A stretch of 55,529 nucleotides of DNA. Origin: a virus. Taxonomy: Duplodnaviria > Caudoviricetes. Position 1 is the first letter of the stretch; each line of letters opens with the position of its first letter. Both the position numbers and the translations under genes were made by a program. Positions 19,106 to 28,799 of this stretch are shown here, in pieces. A model generated the notes under the pieces. It did no database searches and was not told where the DNA came from. It was given only the letters and a program-made list of their open reading frames with translations. The stretch spans positions 1 to 55,529 of IMG/VR virus record IMGVR_UViG_3300034104_002925; one strand, 5' to 3'.

Positions 19106-19483
19106 ATGAAATGGATATTACCAATTTTATTTCTGCTTGCAGTTATTACATCAAATGGACAATCACAAGATTCAGTAGTTTGTTTGCCAAAAAGTAACAT
19201 ACTTACTCTTGCTAACAAAATCCAATTATTAAAAGATACTATTCGTTGGCAAAAAGATATAATCATTGCACAAGACACCCTCGTTAGTACACAAAAACAA
19301 CGAGCACTTGTTTACGAAAGTCAATTAGAAAACCGTCAGACTGTAATCAATTTGATGGAACAGGAAAATAAGAAACTCCGCGAGACTATTGATATTATGA
19401 TGCCAAAGTGGTATGATAATAAGTGGCTGTGGTTCGGTGGTGGTGCAACGGTTGCAACAATCATTTTGGGCGTGATATTGTAA
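19106..19483 (+). CDS. signal peptide + coiled coil + C-terminal TM protein, possible spanin partner
   Basis: MKWILPILFLLAVITSNG|Q...; ends WLWFGGGATVATIILGVIL. Confidence 0.5.
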   Translation: MKWILPILFLLAVITSNGQSQDSVVCLPKSNILTLANKIQLLKDTIRWQKDIIIAQDTLVSTQKQRALVYESQLENRQTVINLMEQENKKLRETIDIMMPKWYDNKWLWFGGGATVATIILGVIL

Positions 19484-21075
19484 TGATTCAACAAAACAAA
19501 ACGTTACGTGATATAATTAAAGAAGAGTATGTAAAGTGTGCTGCTAATCCGGTATACTTTATGAAAAAGTACGCCAAGATTCAACACCCCGTTCGTGGTA
19601 AGATTCTGTTCGAATTATGGAACTTTCAGGAAGATGTGCTTCGTGATTTCCAAGACCACAGATATAACATTTGTTTGAAGTCTCGTCAGTTAGGTATCTC
19701 AACTCTTATTGCTGGTTATTCTCTTTGGTTGATGTTGTTTCAAACAGACCAAAACATTCTCGTTATTGCAACTAAACAAGAAACTGCGAAGAATCTCGTA
19801 ACGAAGGTTAGAGTTATGTACGATAATCTTCCATCGTGGTTGAAGACCTCTGTAGTGGAAGATAACAAACTCTCACTTCGTTTCAAGAACGGTTCACAGA
19901 TAAAAGCTGTTTCTGCCGCGGCAGATGCTGCTCGTTCGGAAGCTCTATCTCTTCTTATTATTGACGAGGGAGCCTTCATTGATAACATCGAGGAAATTTG
20001 GGCTTCTGCACAGTCTACAATCAACACTGGCGGTTCTGCAATTATAAACTCGACTCCTAACGGGGTTGGTAATTTCTATCATAAACAGTGGGTTAATGCA
20101 AAGACAGGTAAGAGTGCCTTCAATCCAATCTTCCTTCACTGGACGGTTCACCCTGAACGCGACCAAGCTTGGAGAGACCAACAAGACATCATTCTTGGTC
20201 CAGCACTTGCTGCTCAAGAGTGTGACGGTGACTTCCTTTCATCGGGTCAATCTGTTGTTGACGGTAATACAATCGACTGGTATCAAAAGACATATATTTG
20301 TGAACCAAGAGAAAAGAGAGGTGCTGAAGGTGCCCTTTGGATATGGGACGACCCCGACCCTAATAAGTCATATATGATATGTGCTGACGTTGCTCGTGGT
20401 GATGGTAAAGACTATTCTGCATTTCACGTTATGGATATAGAAAACATAGAACAAGTTGCAGAGTATCAAGGTAAGTTAGATACAAAGTCTTATGGTAATC
20501 TTCTTGTATCTCTTGCAACTGAATATAATGATGCTCTTCTTGTAGTTGAAAACGCAAATATCGGATGGGCGGTAATTCAACAAATAATTGACCGTGGCTA
20601 TCCAAATCTTTATTACACATATAAAGAAGATGGATATACAGATCCATCTGTTCATATACCGAAAGGTTATGACCTTAAAGATAAGTCACAGATGGTGCCG
20701 GGATTCTCAATGACATCAAAGACAAGACCACTCGTGGTATCAAAGTATGAGACGTACTTCAGAGAAAGAGCCCCTGTTATAAAATCAAATCGTCTAGCAG
20801 AAGAAATGTTCGTATTTATATGGTCAGGTGGTAGAGCTGAGGCTCAAACAGGATATAATGACGACTTGGTTATGTCATTTGCTATGGGACTTTGGGTTAG
20901 AGATACCGCACTTAAATTACGTCAAGACGGTTTAGCTCGAACAAAAATGACATTAGATTATATGAAAAAATCTACAAGTATATTCAACACTGCAAACATG
21001 AGAAATTCAAAATTGGATGCTGGTTGGGAACAAAAAATCGGTGAGAAAAACGAAGATTTAACATGGCTTCTTTAA
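19483..21075 (+). CDS. gp17: terminase large subunit (T4 gp17-like)
   Basis: LKSRQLGIST Walker A, LLIIDEGAF Walker B, STPNG, ADVARGDGKDYS and NDDLVM nuclease motifs; ATG at 19483 overlaps the upstream TAA. Confidence 0.95.
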   Translation: MIQQNKTLRDIIKEEYVKCAANPVYFMKKYAKIQHPVRGKILFELWNFQEDVLRDFQDHRYNICLKSRQLGISTLIAGYSLWLMLFQTDQNILVIATKQETAKNLVTKVRVMYDNLPSWLKTSVVEDNKLSLRFKNGSQIKAVSAAADAARSEALSLLIIDEGAFIDNIEEIWASAQSTINTGGSAIINSTPNGVGNFYHKQWVNAKTGKSAFNPIFLHWTVHPERDQAWRDQQDIILGPALAAQECDGDFLSSGQSVVDGNTIDWYQKTYICEPREKRGAEGALWIWDDPDPNKSYMICADVARGDGKDYSAFHVMDIENIEQVAEYQGKLDTKSYGNLLVSLATEYNDALLVVENANIGWAVIQQIIDRGYPNLYYTYKEDGYTDPSVHIPKGYDLKDKSQMVPGFSMTSKTRPLVVSKYETYFRERAPVIKSNRLAEEMFVFIWSGGRAEAQTGYNDDLVMSFAMGLWVRDTALKLRQDGLARTKMTLDYMKKSTSIFNTANMRNSKLDAGWEQKIGEKNEDLTWLL

Positions 21076-21100
21076 ATTTAACGTTATAAAAGAATCCAAC

Positions 21101-21108
21101 ATATTTAT
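21101..21108 (+). promoter_or_regulatory. putative late promoter ATATTTAT
   Basis: Upstream of the portal gene. Confidence 0.7.
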
Positions 21109-21141
21109 GTATATGGACTAAAATAATTAAATAGGTGTAAC

Positions 21142-23043
21142 ATGGCTGAAAAGAAATCACTTTTTGATAGATTAAAAACTCTTTTTTCAACTAACGTAGT
21201 CGTAAGAAACGTTGGTGGAAAGAAGTTACGTGTAGTTGATACTGCTCGTTATCAAGCTGATGGTAATCCACACACATCGAAAGTGATTGATAGATATGGT
21301 AGATTACACGGAACTCGTGGAACTCCTATTTCTGTTTATAATCAATACAACTCATTCTCTGCTACAAAGATTGACCTTTATACAGACTATGAGGCGATGG
21401 ACACCGATGCCATCATTTGTTCGGCACTTGACATCTATGCTGATGAAAGTACGTTGAAAAATGATACAGGTGACGTTCTAACAATTAGAACTGATAATGA
21501 TAACATCCGTAAAATTCTTCAAAACTTATTTTATGATGTTCTAAATATTGAATATAATTTGTGGCCGTGGATTCGTAATCTTTGTAAGTATGGTGATAAC
21601 TATCTTTACTTGGATGTTAAAGATGGTCTTGGTGTCACCAACGTGGTTCCACTTTCACCGTATGAAATGCAACGTGATGAAGGAACAGACCCAGAACATA
21701 TCTACATGACCAAGTTTATCTATGAAGGACCACTTGGGAAGGGCGAATTTCAGAACTATGAGATTGCTCACTTCCGTCTTTTAGGTGATACAAATTATCT
21801 TCCATATGGTAAGTCAATGTTAGAAGGTGCTCGTAAACTTTACAAGCAACTTGTTCTTATGGAAGACGCTATGTTGATTCACCGTATCATGAGAGCTCCC
21901 GAAAAGAGAATATTTAAAGTTGATATTGGTAATATCCCACCTGCGGAAGTTGACCAATATATGCAGAATATCATCAATCAAATGAAGAAAACACCTGTGG
22001 TGAATGAACAAACTGGTGATTATAATCTTCGTTATAATATGCAAAATATCTTGGAAGATTTTTATCTTCCTGTTCGTGGTGGTCAAGCTGGAACTTCAAT
22101 CGAAACACTTCCAGGTCTTCAGTATCAAGCAATTGAAGACGTTGAATATCTAAAGAGTAAGATATTTGCTGCTCTTAAAGTTCCAAAGGCATATCTTGGA
22201 TTTGATGAATCACTTGAAGGTAAGGCAACTCTTGCTACACTCGATATTCGATTTGCAAGAACAATCGAACGTATTCAACGTATTGTTGTTTCAGAATTAA
22301 CAAAGATTGCGATTGTACACCTTTATTCACAGGGTTATGAAAACTCTGAACTTGTAAACTTTGAATTGTCATTAACTGGTCCTTCTATTGTTTACGAACA
22401 AGAAAAGATAGCTCTGATGAAAGAAAAGGTAGACCTTGCTGGTTCACTGATGGAAAAGAGATTGATGTCACTTGATTATATTTACTCAAATATTTTCAAT
22501 ATGAGTAAAGATGAATCTGATTTTGAAAAGAACGAAATTATCGAAGACATTAAACTTCAATTCCGTCAGAAACAAATTGAAAGTGAAGGTAATGACCCTA
22601 TGGTTACAAAAGAATCATATGGTACACCACACGATTTAGCCGCCTTGAATATTTATGGTGGTAGAAGACAACAACAAATTAATGATGTAGAAGTACCTGA
22701 AGGTGGATGGCCCGGTGCTGGTAGACCACCTGAACATGGTTCAACGTATGGTACTGATGCAAGTCCATTTGGAAGAGATCCTATTGGTAAAAAGAGTGTT
22801 TCATCTGCACTTGATGTAAACCTTAAACCATCTCATAATTATAAAAAGGGATCTGCTCTTTCATTAGAATCAAAGTCTTTTGACTCAAAAATGACTCGCG
22901 AATTGAATGATGTTATTAAGAGTATGGGTGTTATAAAAGTTAAATCAAAATCAGTTATTTCTGAAAGTCTTAAACCTTCTTCAGATAAAAAGATTGAAGA
23001 TTCTGGTATTCTTGACGAGAATAATTTATTGGAAGAAATCTAA
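21142..23043 (+). CDS. gp20: portal vertex protein (T4 gp20-like)
   Basis: LMEDAMLIHRIMRAPEKRIFKVDIGN, EDFYLPVRGG, IETLPG, IEDVEYL..K...ALKVP. Confidence 0.95.
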   Translation: MAEKKSLFDRLKTLFSTNVVVRNVGGKKLRVVDTARYQADGNPHTSKVIDRYGRLHGTRGTPISVYNQYNSFSATKIDLYTDYEAMDTDAIICSALDIYADESTLKNDTGDVLTIRTDNDNIRKILQNLFYDVLNIEYNLWPWIRNLCKYGDNYLYLDVKDGLGVTNVVPLSPYEMQRDEGTDPEHIYMTKFIYEGPLGKGEFQNYEIAHFRLLGDTNYLPYGKSMLEGARKLYKQLVLMEDAMLIHRIMRAPEKRIFKVDIGNIPPAEVDQYMQNIINQMKKTPVVNEQTGDYNLRYNMQNILEDFYLPVRGGQAGTSIETLPGLQYQAIEDVEYLKSKIFAALKVPKAYLGFDESLEGKATLATLDIRFARTIERIQRIVVSELTKIAIVHLYSQGYENSELVNFELSLTGPSIVYEQEKIALMKEKVDLAGSLMEKRLMSLDYIYSNIFNMSKDESDFEKNEIIEDIKLQFRQKQIESEGNDPMVTKESYGTPHDLAALNIYGGRRQQQINDVEVPEGGWPGAGRPPEHGSTYGTDASPFGRDPIGKKSVSSALDVNLKPSHNYKKGSALSLESKSFDSKMTRELNDVIKSMGVIKVKSKSVISESLKPSSDKKIEDSGILDENNLLEEI

Positions 23044-23052
23044 ATTAAATTC

Positions 23053-23060
23053 ATATTTAT
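23053..23060 (+). promoter_or_regulatory. putative late promoter ATATTTAT
   Basis: Upstream of 23093. Confidence 0.7.
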
Positions 23061-23092
23061 CTTATGAAGGATTTATTTTACGGGTAACATAA

Positions 23093-23923
23093 ATGAAAAA
23101 AATTAAACATTCAAAATACAAAAATACCGGTATGTTATTTGAACTATTGACAAGACAAATAACATCTGAAATCATATCTGGCAATGAATCCGTTGCTACA
23201 CAAATATTGAAGAACTTCTTTAATAAGAATACGGAGTTATTCAAAGAATATGGTTTCTACAAAACGTTATCCGAAGAAAGATTGTCATCAGAAGCTAAAT
23301 CAACTATGCTTATTGAAGCAGTATTAAAGGCTAGAACTAAAATAAACAAACCAAAATTACGTGAGGAAAAATATAATCTTATTAAGACAATATCTGAAAA
23401 GTTTGATATTGATTCATTTTTCCAAACAAAAGTTCAAAACTATAAATTGCTCGCATCTATCTATAAAATTTTCGAATATTCTGAATTAGACAATCCTTCA
23501 GAAATTATCCGTTCTAAATTCACGATTATCGAAAATATGACTGGTGATTCTAAAAAACCATTGGTTGAAGAAATGAATTCTATATACAAAGAACCGAAAG
23601 AAATTCGTCTTATGTCTTATAAAATTCTAGTTGAGAAGTTCAATCAAAAGTACGGAAATCTTTCACAAGAACAAAAAACAGTCCTCCGAGAATATATAGA
23701 AAATGTAAGTAATACAAATAATCTAAAGTCATTTTTACAGAAAGAATCAAAACGAGTAAAATCGATTTTGGAACAAAAAACAAAAAAGATAAGTGACAAA
23801 GCCTTGAAAATTAAATTATCCGAAGTTATTTCTCTTCTTGATTCATATGATACAATTAAGAATGTAGACGAGAATCATATCTCGGCTTTAATGAGATATT
23901 ACGATTTGGTTAATGACTTATAA
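23093..23923 (+). CDS. head-module hypothetical protein
   Basis: 276-aa helical ORF (MKKIKHSKYKNTG..FELL) between portal and protease. Confidence 0.8.
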   Translation: MKKIKHSKYKNTGMLFELLTRQITSEIISGNESVATQILKNFFNKNTELFKEYGFYKTLSEERLSSEAKSTMLIEAVLKARTKINKPKLREEKYNLIKTISEKFDIDSFFQTKVQNYKLLASIYKIFEYSELDNPSEIIRSKFTIIENMTGDSKKPLVEEMNSIYKEPKEIRLMSYKILVEKFNQKYGNLSQEQKTVLREYIENVSNTNNLKSFLQKESKRVKSILEQKTKKISDKALKIKLSEVISLLDSYDTIKNVDENHISALMRYYDLVNDL

Positions 23924-23935
23924 ATGGAGTAACTA

Positions 23936-24265
23936 ATGTCAGCTAATGAAATACAACCTTATAACTACGGGTCAGATGCTAGAAATGAATTTGAAAGAAA
24001 AGGACATCCTGGTAAATTCTTACAATCAATATCTTGTGGTTCAGGTGTAACTAATTTTACGAGTTCTAATTACGGAGTTGGTGGTATTATAGTTCCAGCT
24101 GGTACAGTTGGTACTGCTTCTCTTTCAAACGGAGGAACCATTCCATTGGCAACACTTGCAACAAGTAGCGCAAATGGTGCTGGTATAATTGAACTTTCTC
24201 TTTCTAGTGTAAAGGTTGACTCTGGAATAGTATATGCTTTAATTCGTAATCAACTAATTAGGTAA
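23936..24265 (+). CDS. hypothetical small virion protein
   Basis: GGAG SD; Gly/Ser/Thr-rich beta-type sequence. Confidence 0.75.
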   Translation: MSANEIQPYNYGSDARNEFERKGHPGKFLQSISCGSGVTNFTSSNYGVGGIIVPAGTVGTASLSNGGTIPLATLATSSANGAGIIELSLSSVKVDSGIVYALIRNQLIR

Positions 24266-24270
24266 TAAAT

Positions 24271-24813
24271 ATGAACGTAGAATCATTCATAAAAAAACTT
24301 AAAATGTCTGAATCATACAAAAAGTTTAAGGGTGAAGTCCAAGAAACTAGTGTAACTGGTATGGTTGCTGGATATGATACACCAAGAGCATTTTCTGCAA
24401 GTCCCGAAGATTTTAAGGAAAAGACAAAAGATAATGCAGAACAACTTGGATATAAAGTCGTTCCAAAAGAAAAAAGAAAACACTCGATTAGTAAAGAAGA
24501 ATTTGCTAATCAAGAGGTTGACAAATCAAATGAGTCTATGTACAAACAGGCAATGAAATCTCTACATGAGGCATCCTATAAAGAATATAAGGGTGACAAA
24601 ACAAAAACAACAAGTGAAAAGATAAACACTTCTATTAAAGAATTGAATCAATCACTTCTTCGTGTAGAACGTGCTGTTGGACACGCCCTTCGTTTAAAGA
24701 CAGAGATGGCTGTTGACCAAAGAACTCTTTGGAGATCTTCCCATAATAGGTTAACAAAAATTGGTGAACGTCTTAACAGAATTGGTAAAAAAATTAACGA
24801 ATTAGGTGCTTAA
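24271..24813 (+). CDS. probable prohead core/internal protein
   Basis: VQE|TSVTGMVAGYDTPRAF and LHE sites; located just before the protease. Confidence 0.65.
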   Translation: MNVESFIKKLKMSESYKKFKGEVQETSVTGMVAGYDTPRAFSASPEDFKEKTKDNAEQLGYKVVPKEKRKHSISKEEFANQEVDKSNESMYKQAMKSLHEASYKEYKGDKTKTTSEKINTSIKELNQSLLRVERAVGHALRLKTEMAVDQRTLWRSSHNRLTKIGERLNRIGKKINELGA

Positions 24814-24814
24814 A

Positions 24815-25489
24815 ATGAAACAACTGTTGGTAGATACAATACTTTTTTCTGCGACTCCTCGTCAAATAAATGAATCTTCTCAGAACAATAATGGTAAAAT
24901 TATTGTATCGGGTGTTCTTCAACGTGCAGAGGCTAAAAATCAAAATGGACGTGTATATCCGAAAGAAATACTTATACGAGAAGTAAAGAAATATCAACAG
25001 AATCAAATTAAAGAAAGAAGAGCTCTTGGAGAACTTGACCACCCAGATTCATCTGTTGTCAATCTTCGTAATGTTTCTCATAACATTTTAGAATGTGAGT
25101 GGAAAGGAAATGACGTTGTTGGTAAGGTTGAAATTTTACCAACTCCTTCTGGTAATATTCTTAAAAACTTACTTCAATCTGGAATCCGTCTTGGTATCTC
25201 ATCAAGAGGACTTGGTTCAGTTAAAGAAATAAATGAAAATACAGTAGAAGTTCAAGATGATTTTGAATTAATTGGTTGGGACTTTGTATCAAATCCATCT
25301 ACACATGGTGCATTTATGTACCCAGCTGGTGGTGGTGAAATTGTTGGAGAAGGACTAATTAAAGAATCTGTTAGTCTAAAGACTATTGCTAAAGTAGATC
25401 CAAAAGTTAAACGTATTCATGAAAATATAACGAATATTATTTGTGAAATTGGTAATGTATGTGAATGTATATTTGATGGAGATAAATAA
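24815..25489 (+). CDS. gp21: prohead core protease (T4 gp21-like)
   Basis: NQNGRVYP, ALGELDHP, VSHNI, GISSRGLGS, DFVSNPS. Confidence 0.95.
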   Translation: MKQLLVDTILFSATPRQINESSQNNNGKIIVSGVLQRAEAKNQNGRVYPKEILIREVKKYQQNQIKERRALGELDHPDSSVVNLRNVSHNILECEWKGNDVVGKVEILPTPSGNILKNLLQSGIRLGISSRGLGSVKEINENTVEVQDDFELIGWDFVSNPSTHGAFMYPAGGGEIVGEGLIKESVSLKTIAKVDPKVKRIHENITNIICEIGNVCECIFDGDK

Positions 25490-26106
25490 TGCCAGCCGTA
25501 TCAAAGAAACAACAACAATTCATGGGACTCGTTCTTGCTTACAAACGTGGGGAAGTTCCTGCTTCAAAAGTAAGTAAGAATGTAAAGCAAGTTGCTGATG
25601 CAATGTCCGAAAAAGAACTTGAAAAGTTTGCTGGCACAAAGCATAAAGGACTCCCTAAAAAAGTAAAGTCAGAAACTACATTTTCTATGCCAGTTCAAGA
25701 ATTGAAGAAGATTATCAATTCTGTAGTTTCAACTGTAGTCAATGAAAACGTTGATCAAGATAAAGAAGAAAAAGAAGAACCAAAACTCACACCAGAACAA
25801 AAACAACAATATATTGAAGCGATTTCAAGATTTAATGAGTATGGTAAATCTGTTTATCGTACAAACGAAATTATGGAAACCTACAAACACATCAAGAAAC
25901 TTGTTGAGTTTGCTTCTAAAAATATCGTTGATGAATCTGGTGATTGGTTTGATAAAGTAACATTAACAAGACATTCAAAGAAAATGACAGAATCTTTGAA
26001 GCTTTTTGAAAAAACAGCAACAGAAATGACCCAACTTCAACAAAGATTAGAAGCATTGTATGAGGAAATGGGACAAACACTTGGACGATATTATAAGATT
26101 AAATAA
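25489..26106 (+). CDS. DUF3008-like N-terminal domain plus helical C-terminal domain, probable internal head protein
   Basis: MPAVSKKQQQFMG...MSEKELEKFAGTKHKGLP. Confidence 0.6.
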   Translation: MPAVSKKQQQFMGLVLAYKRGEVPASKVSKNVKQVADAMSEKELEKFAGTKHKGLPKKVKSETTFSMPVQELKKIINSVVSTVVNENVDQDKEEKEEPKLTPEQKQQYIEAISRFNEYGKSVYRTNEIMETYKHIKKLVEFASKNIVDESGDWFDKVTLTRHSKKMTESLKLFEKTATEMTQLQQRLEALYEEMGQTLGRYYKIK

Positions 26107-26121
26107 AAAAAGGAAAAGGTT

Positions 26122-26352
26122 ATGAGCAATCAAGTTTACGCAGGAAATCCCAAGACTGCACACGTAAAGGTCAAGGGGAATGGAATGAATATTGATACGA
26201 TGTTAAAAATATTCAAAAGAAAAGTGAAGGAAAGTGGTATTCTAGAACAATACAAAGCAAAGACAGAATACATTAAACCTTCAAAAGTTAGAAGTGATAA
26301 GAAAAATGCTGCAAAAAAACGTCAACGTAAATTGGATAGAGAACAGATATAA
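26122..26352 (+). CDS. rpsU: ribosomal protein bS21
   Basis: VKV...NIDTMLKIFKRKVKESGILEQYKAKTEYIKPSKVR...AAKKR matches the bS21 pattern. Confidence 0.88.
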   Translation: MSNQVYAGNPKTAHVKVKGNGMNIDTMLKIFKRKVKESGILEQYKAKTEYIKPSKVRSDKKNAAKKRQRKLDREQI

Positions 26353-26361
26353 TACAAAAGG

Positions 26362-27441
26362 ATGATTAAACTAAAAACCATACTCTTTGAACAAGAACCT
26401 ACTCAAAAAGAAGACCCTGATAAAATTCTTGTGGTGAATAAAAAGAGTGGGAAAGAGTATTATATTAGTAAAAATAGTTATGATCCAAACAAACACAGAA
26501 AACCAGAAGAATCAGACTCTACGAAAGTTGAAGATTCGGATAAAACTTCTTCGGAAGATAAATCATCTAAAGAATCAAAAGACGATAAAAAGTCAACCCC
26601 AGATGAAACAGTAGAAAAGGCAATGACATCTGTTGATTTCATCAAAGACAAACACAAAGATGATATAATAGATGTAGTCCCTGATTTAAGACCCGACCTA
26701 AAGAAAAAGTTATTGAACTTTAACTTCTCAGACTTTTTTCGAGAATACGATAATGCTATGTTGGGTGTAAATTCTGGAGATTCCGAATTATCAAAGAAAA
26801 GTACAAAAATGATTTTGAATATCGCTAAGAAAATTCAAGCGGTATCTATTGCAAAACATTTAACGATAAACACATTTTCTTTAAGTAAGGAAGTTATAGA
26901 CTCTACAAAGGAATATCATAACAATGCTCAACGTATAAATAAATTACTAAGAGATAGTTACGGTAAAATGAAATGGTCTCCTGAACAAATAAAAGCAATC
27001 TTTGATAAAGATTTAAGTGCAGAAGAACTTTCAAAGTTAGAACCGATAAGAGCTATATTTGAACTAGATAAATACTTTAAATCGGATGATTCTAAACTAC
27101 AGTATGACGTTACCGTATATCGTGGTATACGGAACGATGTATTAAAACAATTTCTTAAAGAGAAAACTTGGACTGACCATGCTTTTGTTTCAACTTCTAT
27201 AAATCCACTTATTGCAGAGAATTTTACAGAAGGTGGTTCTTTTAAACCTCATATGAGAGACCCATTATTTAAGATTGAATTAAAACAAGGTGATCCGGCA
27301 TTGATGTTAAAATGTGAAGAAGATGATTTTTGTGTAGAAACAGAAATAACACTTCCACGTAACTGTAAATTTACCATATCTGGTTTTGACCAAAAAAATA
27401 ATATCTATACATTAGATGTGGAGTTTGAAAATGCCCGATGA
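26362..27441 (+). CDS. ADP-ribosyltransferase (VIP2/Alt-like, R-S-E clade)
   Basis: INKLLR, VTVYRG (R), FVSTS (STS), ETEITLPR (ExE). Confidence 0.85.
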   Translation: MIKLKTILFEQEPTQKEDPDKILVVNKKSGKEYYISKNSYDPNKHRKPEESDSTKVEDSDKTSSEDKSSKESKDDKKSTPDETVEKAMTSVDFIKDKHKDDIIDVVPDLRPDLKKKLLNFNFSDFFREYDNAMLGVNSGDSELSKKSTKMILNIAKKIQAVSIAKHLTINTFSLSKEVIDSTKEYHNNAQRINKLLRDSYGKMKWSPEQIKAIFDKDLSAEELSKLEPIRAIFELDKYFKSDDSKLQYDVTVYRGIRNDVLKQFLKEKTWTDHAFVSTSINPLIAENFTEGGSFKPHMRDPLFKIELKQGDPALMLKCEEDDFCVETEITLPRNCKFTISGFDQKNNIYTLDVEFENAR

Positions 27442-27604
27442 AAAGAAAAAAGAATCGCCAGATATTCAACAAAAAATGAAAAGACTAACACGGTTTCAAT
27501 ACGATGAAACTGACTTGATTCAAATTTTTGGAGAAAATTCTTTAAAAAATGAATCAAAACATAAAAAAAAGTTAGTTACGCCTACCAAAAAATCGAATAA
27601 ATAA
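27431..27604 (+). CDS. small hypothetical protein overlapping the ART 3' end
   Basis: GGAG SD and ATG at 27431; 57 aa. Confidence 0.6.
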   Translation: MPDEKKKESPDIQQKMKRLTRFQYDETDLIQIFGENSLKNESKHKKKLVTPTKKSNK

Positions 27605-27615
27605 CAACTTTACTT

Positions 27616-27623
27616 ATATTTAT
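27616..27623 (+). promoter_or_regulatory. putative late promoter ATATTTAT for the scaffold/capsid operon
   Basis: Recurrent motif, about 90 nt before the ATG at 27713. Confidence 0.7.
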
Positions 27624-27712
27624 CTGTATAATACTCTATACAATATAGAGTCACTATTATTTTTACTGTTGATTAGAGTTATCAATAACCCTAAAACTAG
27701 TTGGAGATTTTT

Positions 27713-28777
27713 ATGACAGATTTACTTAGAGAAGCAATCGCAGATGCAAAGGCAGTACGTGAAGTCGCACTTGCTAATGCTAAGCTTGCTTTGGAAGAAG
27801 CATTTGCTCCACGTCTTCAATCCATGATTGCAACGAAACTTTCAGAAGAAGCTGAAGGTGAAGAGTACATGGAAGAAGGTGAAGACGAGGAAATGATGGA
27901 AGAGGAAGAAATGGGTCATGACTCTGAAATGGAAGAAGGTTGGAACGAAGGCGAAGAACACACTCCAGAAATGGAAGAAGGTGAAGAACTCGAAGTCGAA
28001 GAAGACTACATGACAGAGGAAGACGAGGAAATGCCGGCAGAAGAGCCAGCGGAAGAAGAATTCGATTTCGAAGAAGAAGTTGAAGATGAAGAACCAATGG
28101 ATGAAGACCTTATGGAAATTATCCGTCAACTTGAAGAAGAACTCGATTCATCTGAAATCGGAAAGGGTGATAACAAACAACCTTCGAAGTATGCTTCAGA
28201 CGATCACACAGAAATGAAGAAGGAACCACTTGTTCAGGTAGTTAATGAAGAAGAGGAAGAAGATCACACAGTAGAAGAAGGTGATGATGACGATGTTGAT
28301 ATTCAAGAGATCATTCGTGCTCTTCGTGAAGAAGAGGAAGAAGAAATGCACGAAGGTGAAGAGGAAGAAGAAATGCATGAAGAGAAGGAAGAATCTGAAG
28401 AGAAACTTCAAGAAGCTTATGCAGTTATTCAATTCCTCCGTGAGAAATTAAATGAGGTTAATCTTCTTAACTCTAAACTTCTCTTCTCAAACAAGCTGTT
28501 CCGTTCGCACTCTTTAACAGAATCACAAAAGATGACTGTTATTGAAAATTTTGACCGTGCAGGTAGTTTGCGTGAAGTAAAGTTGGTTTATGCTACACTC
28601 GCTGAGTCTCTCAAGGGACAATCGAACAAAGTTGCAAAGGCACCAAAGAAATCACTCAAGGAGTCATTCAACCGTATCGCTAGCAAGCCACAAGCAAGCA
28701 CACGTCCATCGAAGCAGATTCTTTCAGAATCTAACTCGACGGCAGATAGATTTAAGAAATTAGCAGGTTTAATTTAA
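27713..28777 (+). CDS. prohead scaffold/core protein (T4 gp22-like)
   Basis: Extremely Glu-rich, coiled-coil, directly upstream of the MCP; ends RFKKLAGLI; GGAG SD. Confidence 0.85.
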   Translation: MTDLLREAIADAKAVREVALANAKLALEEAFAPRLQSMIATKLSEEAEGEEYMEEGEDEEMMEEEEMGHDSEMEEGWNEGEEHTPEMEEGEELEVEEDYMTEEDEEMPAEEPAEEEFDFEEEVEDEEPMDEDLMEIIRQLEEELDSSEIGKGDNKQPSKYASDDHTEMKKEPLVQVVNEEEEEDHTVEEGDDDDVDIQEIIRALREEEEEEMHEGEEEEEMHEEKEESEEKLQEAYAVIQFLREKLNEVNLLNSKLLFSNKLFRSHSLTESQKMTVIENFDRAGSLREVKLVYATLAESLKGQSNKVAKAPKKSLKESFNRIASKPQASTRPSKQILSESNSTADRFKKLAGLI

Positions 28778-28799
28778 ACTTTTTATTGGAGATATATAA

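Noticed and set aside
19423-19482. N-terminal extension of the terminase in the ORF track
   Set aside because: It overlaps the upstream gene; ATG 19483 coupled to the upstream TAA is the more plausible start
27780-28432. Reverse-strand Phe/Leu-rich ORFs
   Set aside because: Antisense shadows of the GAA-rich scaffold gene
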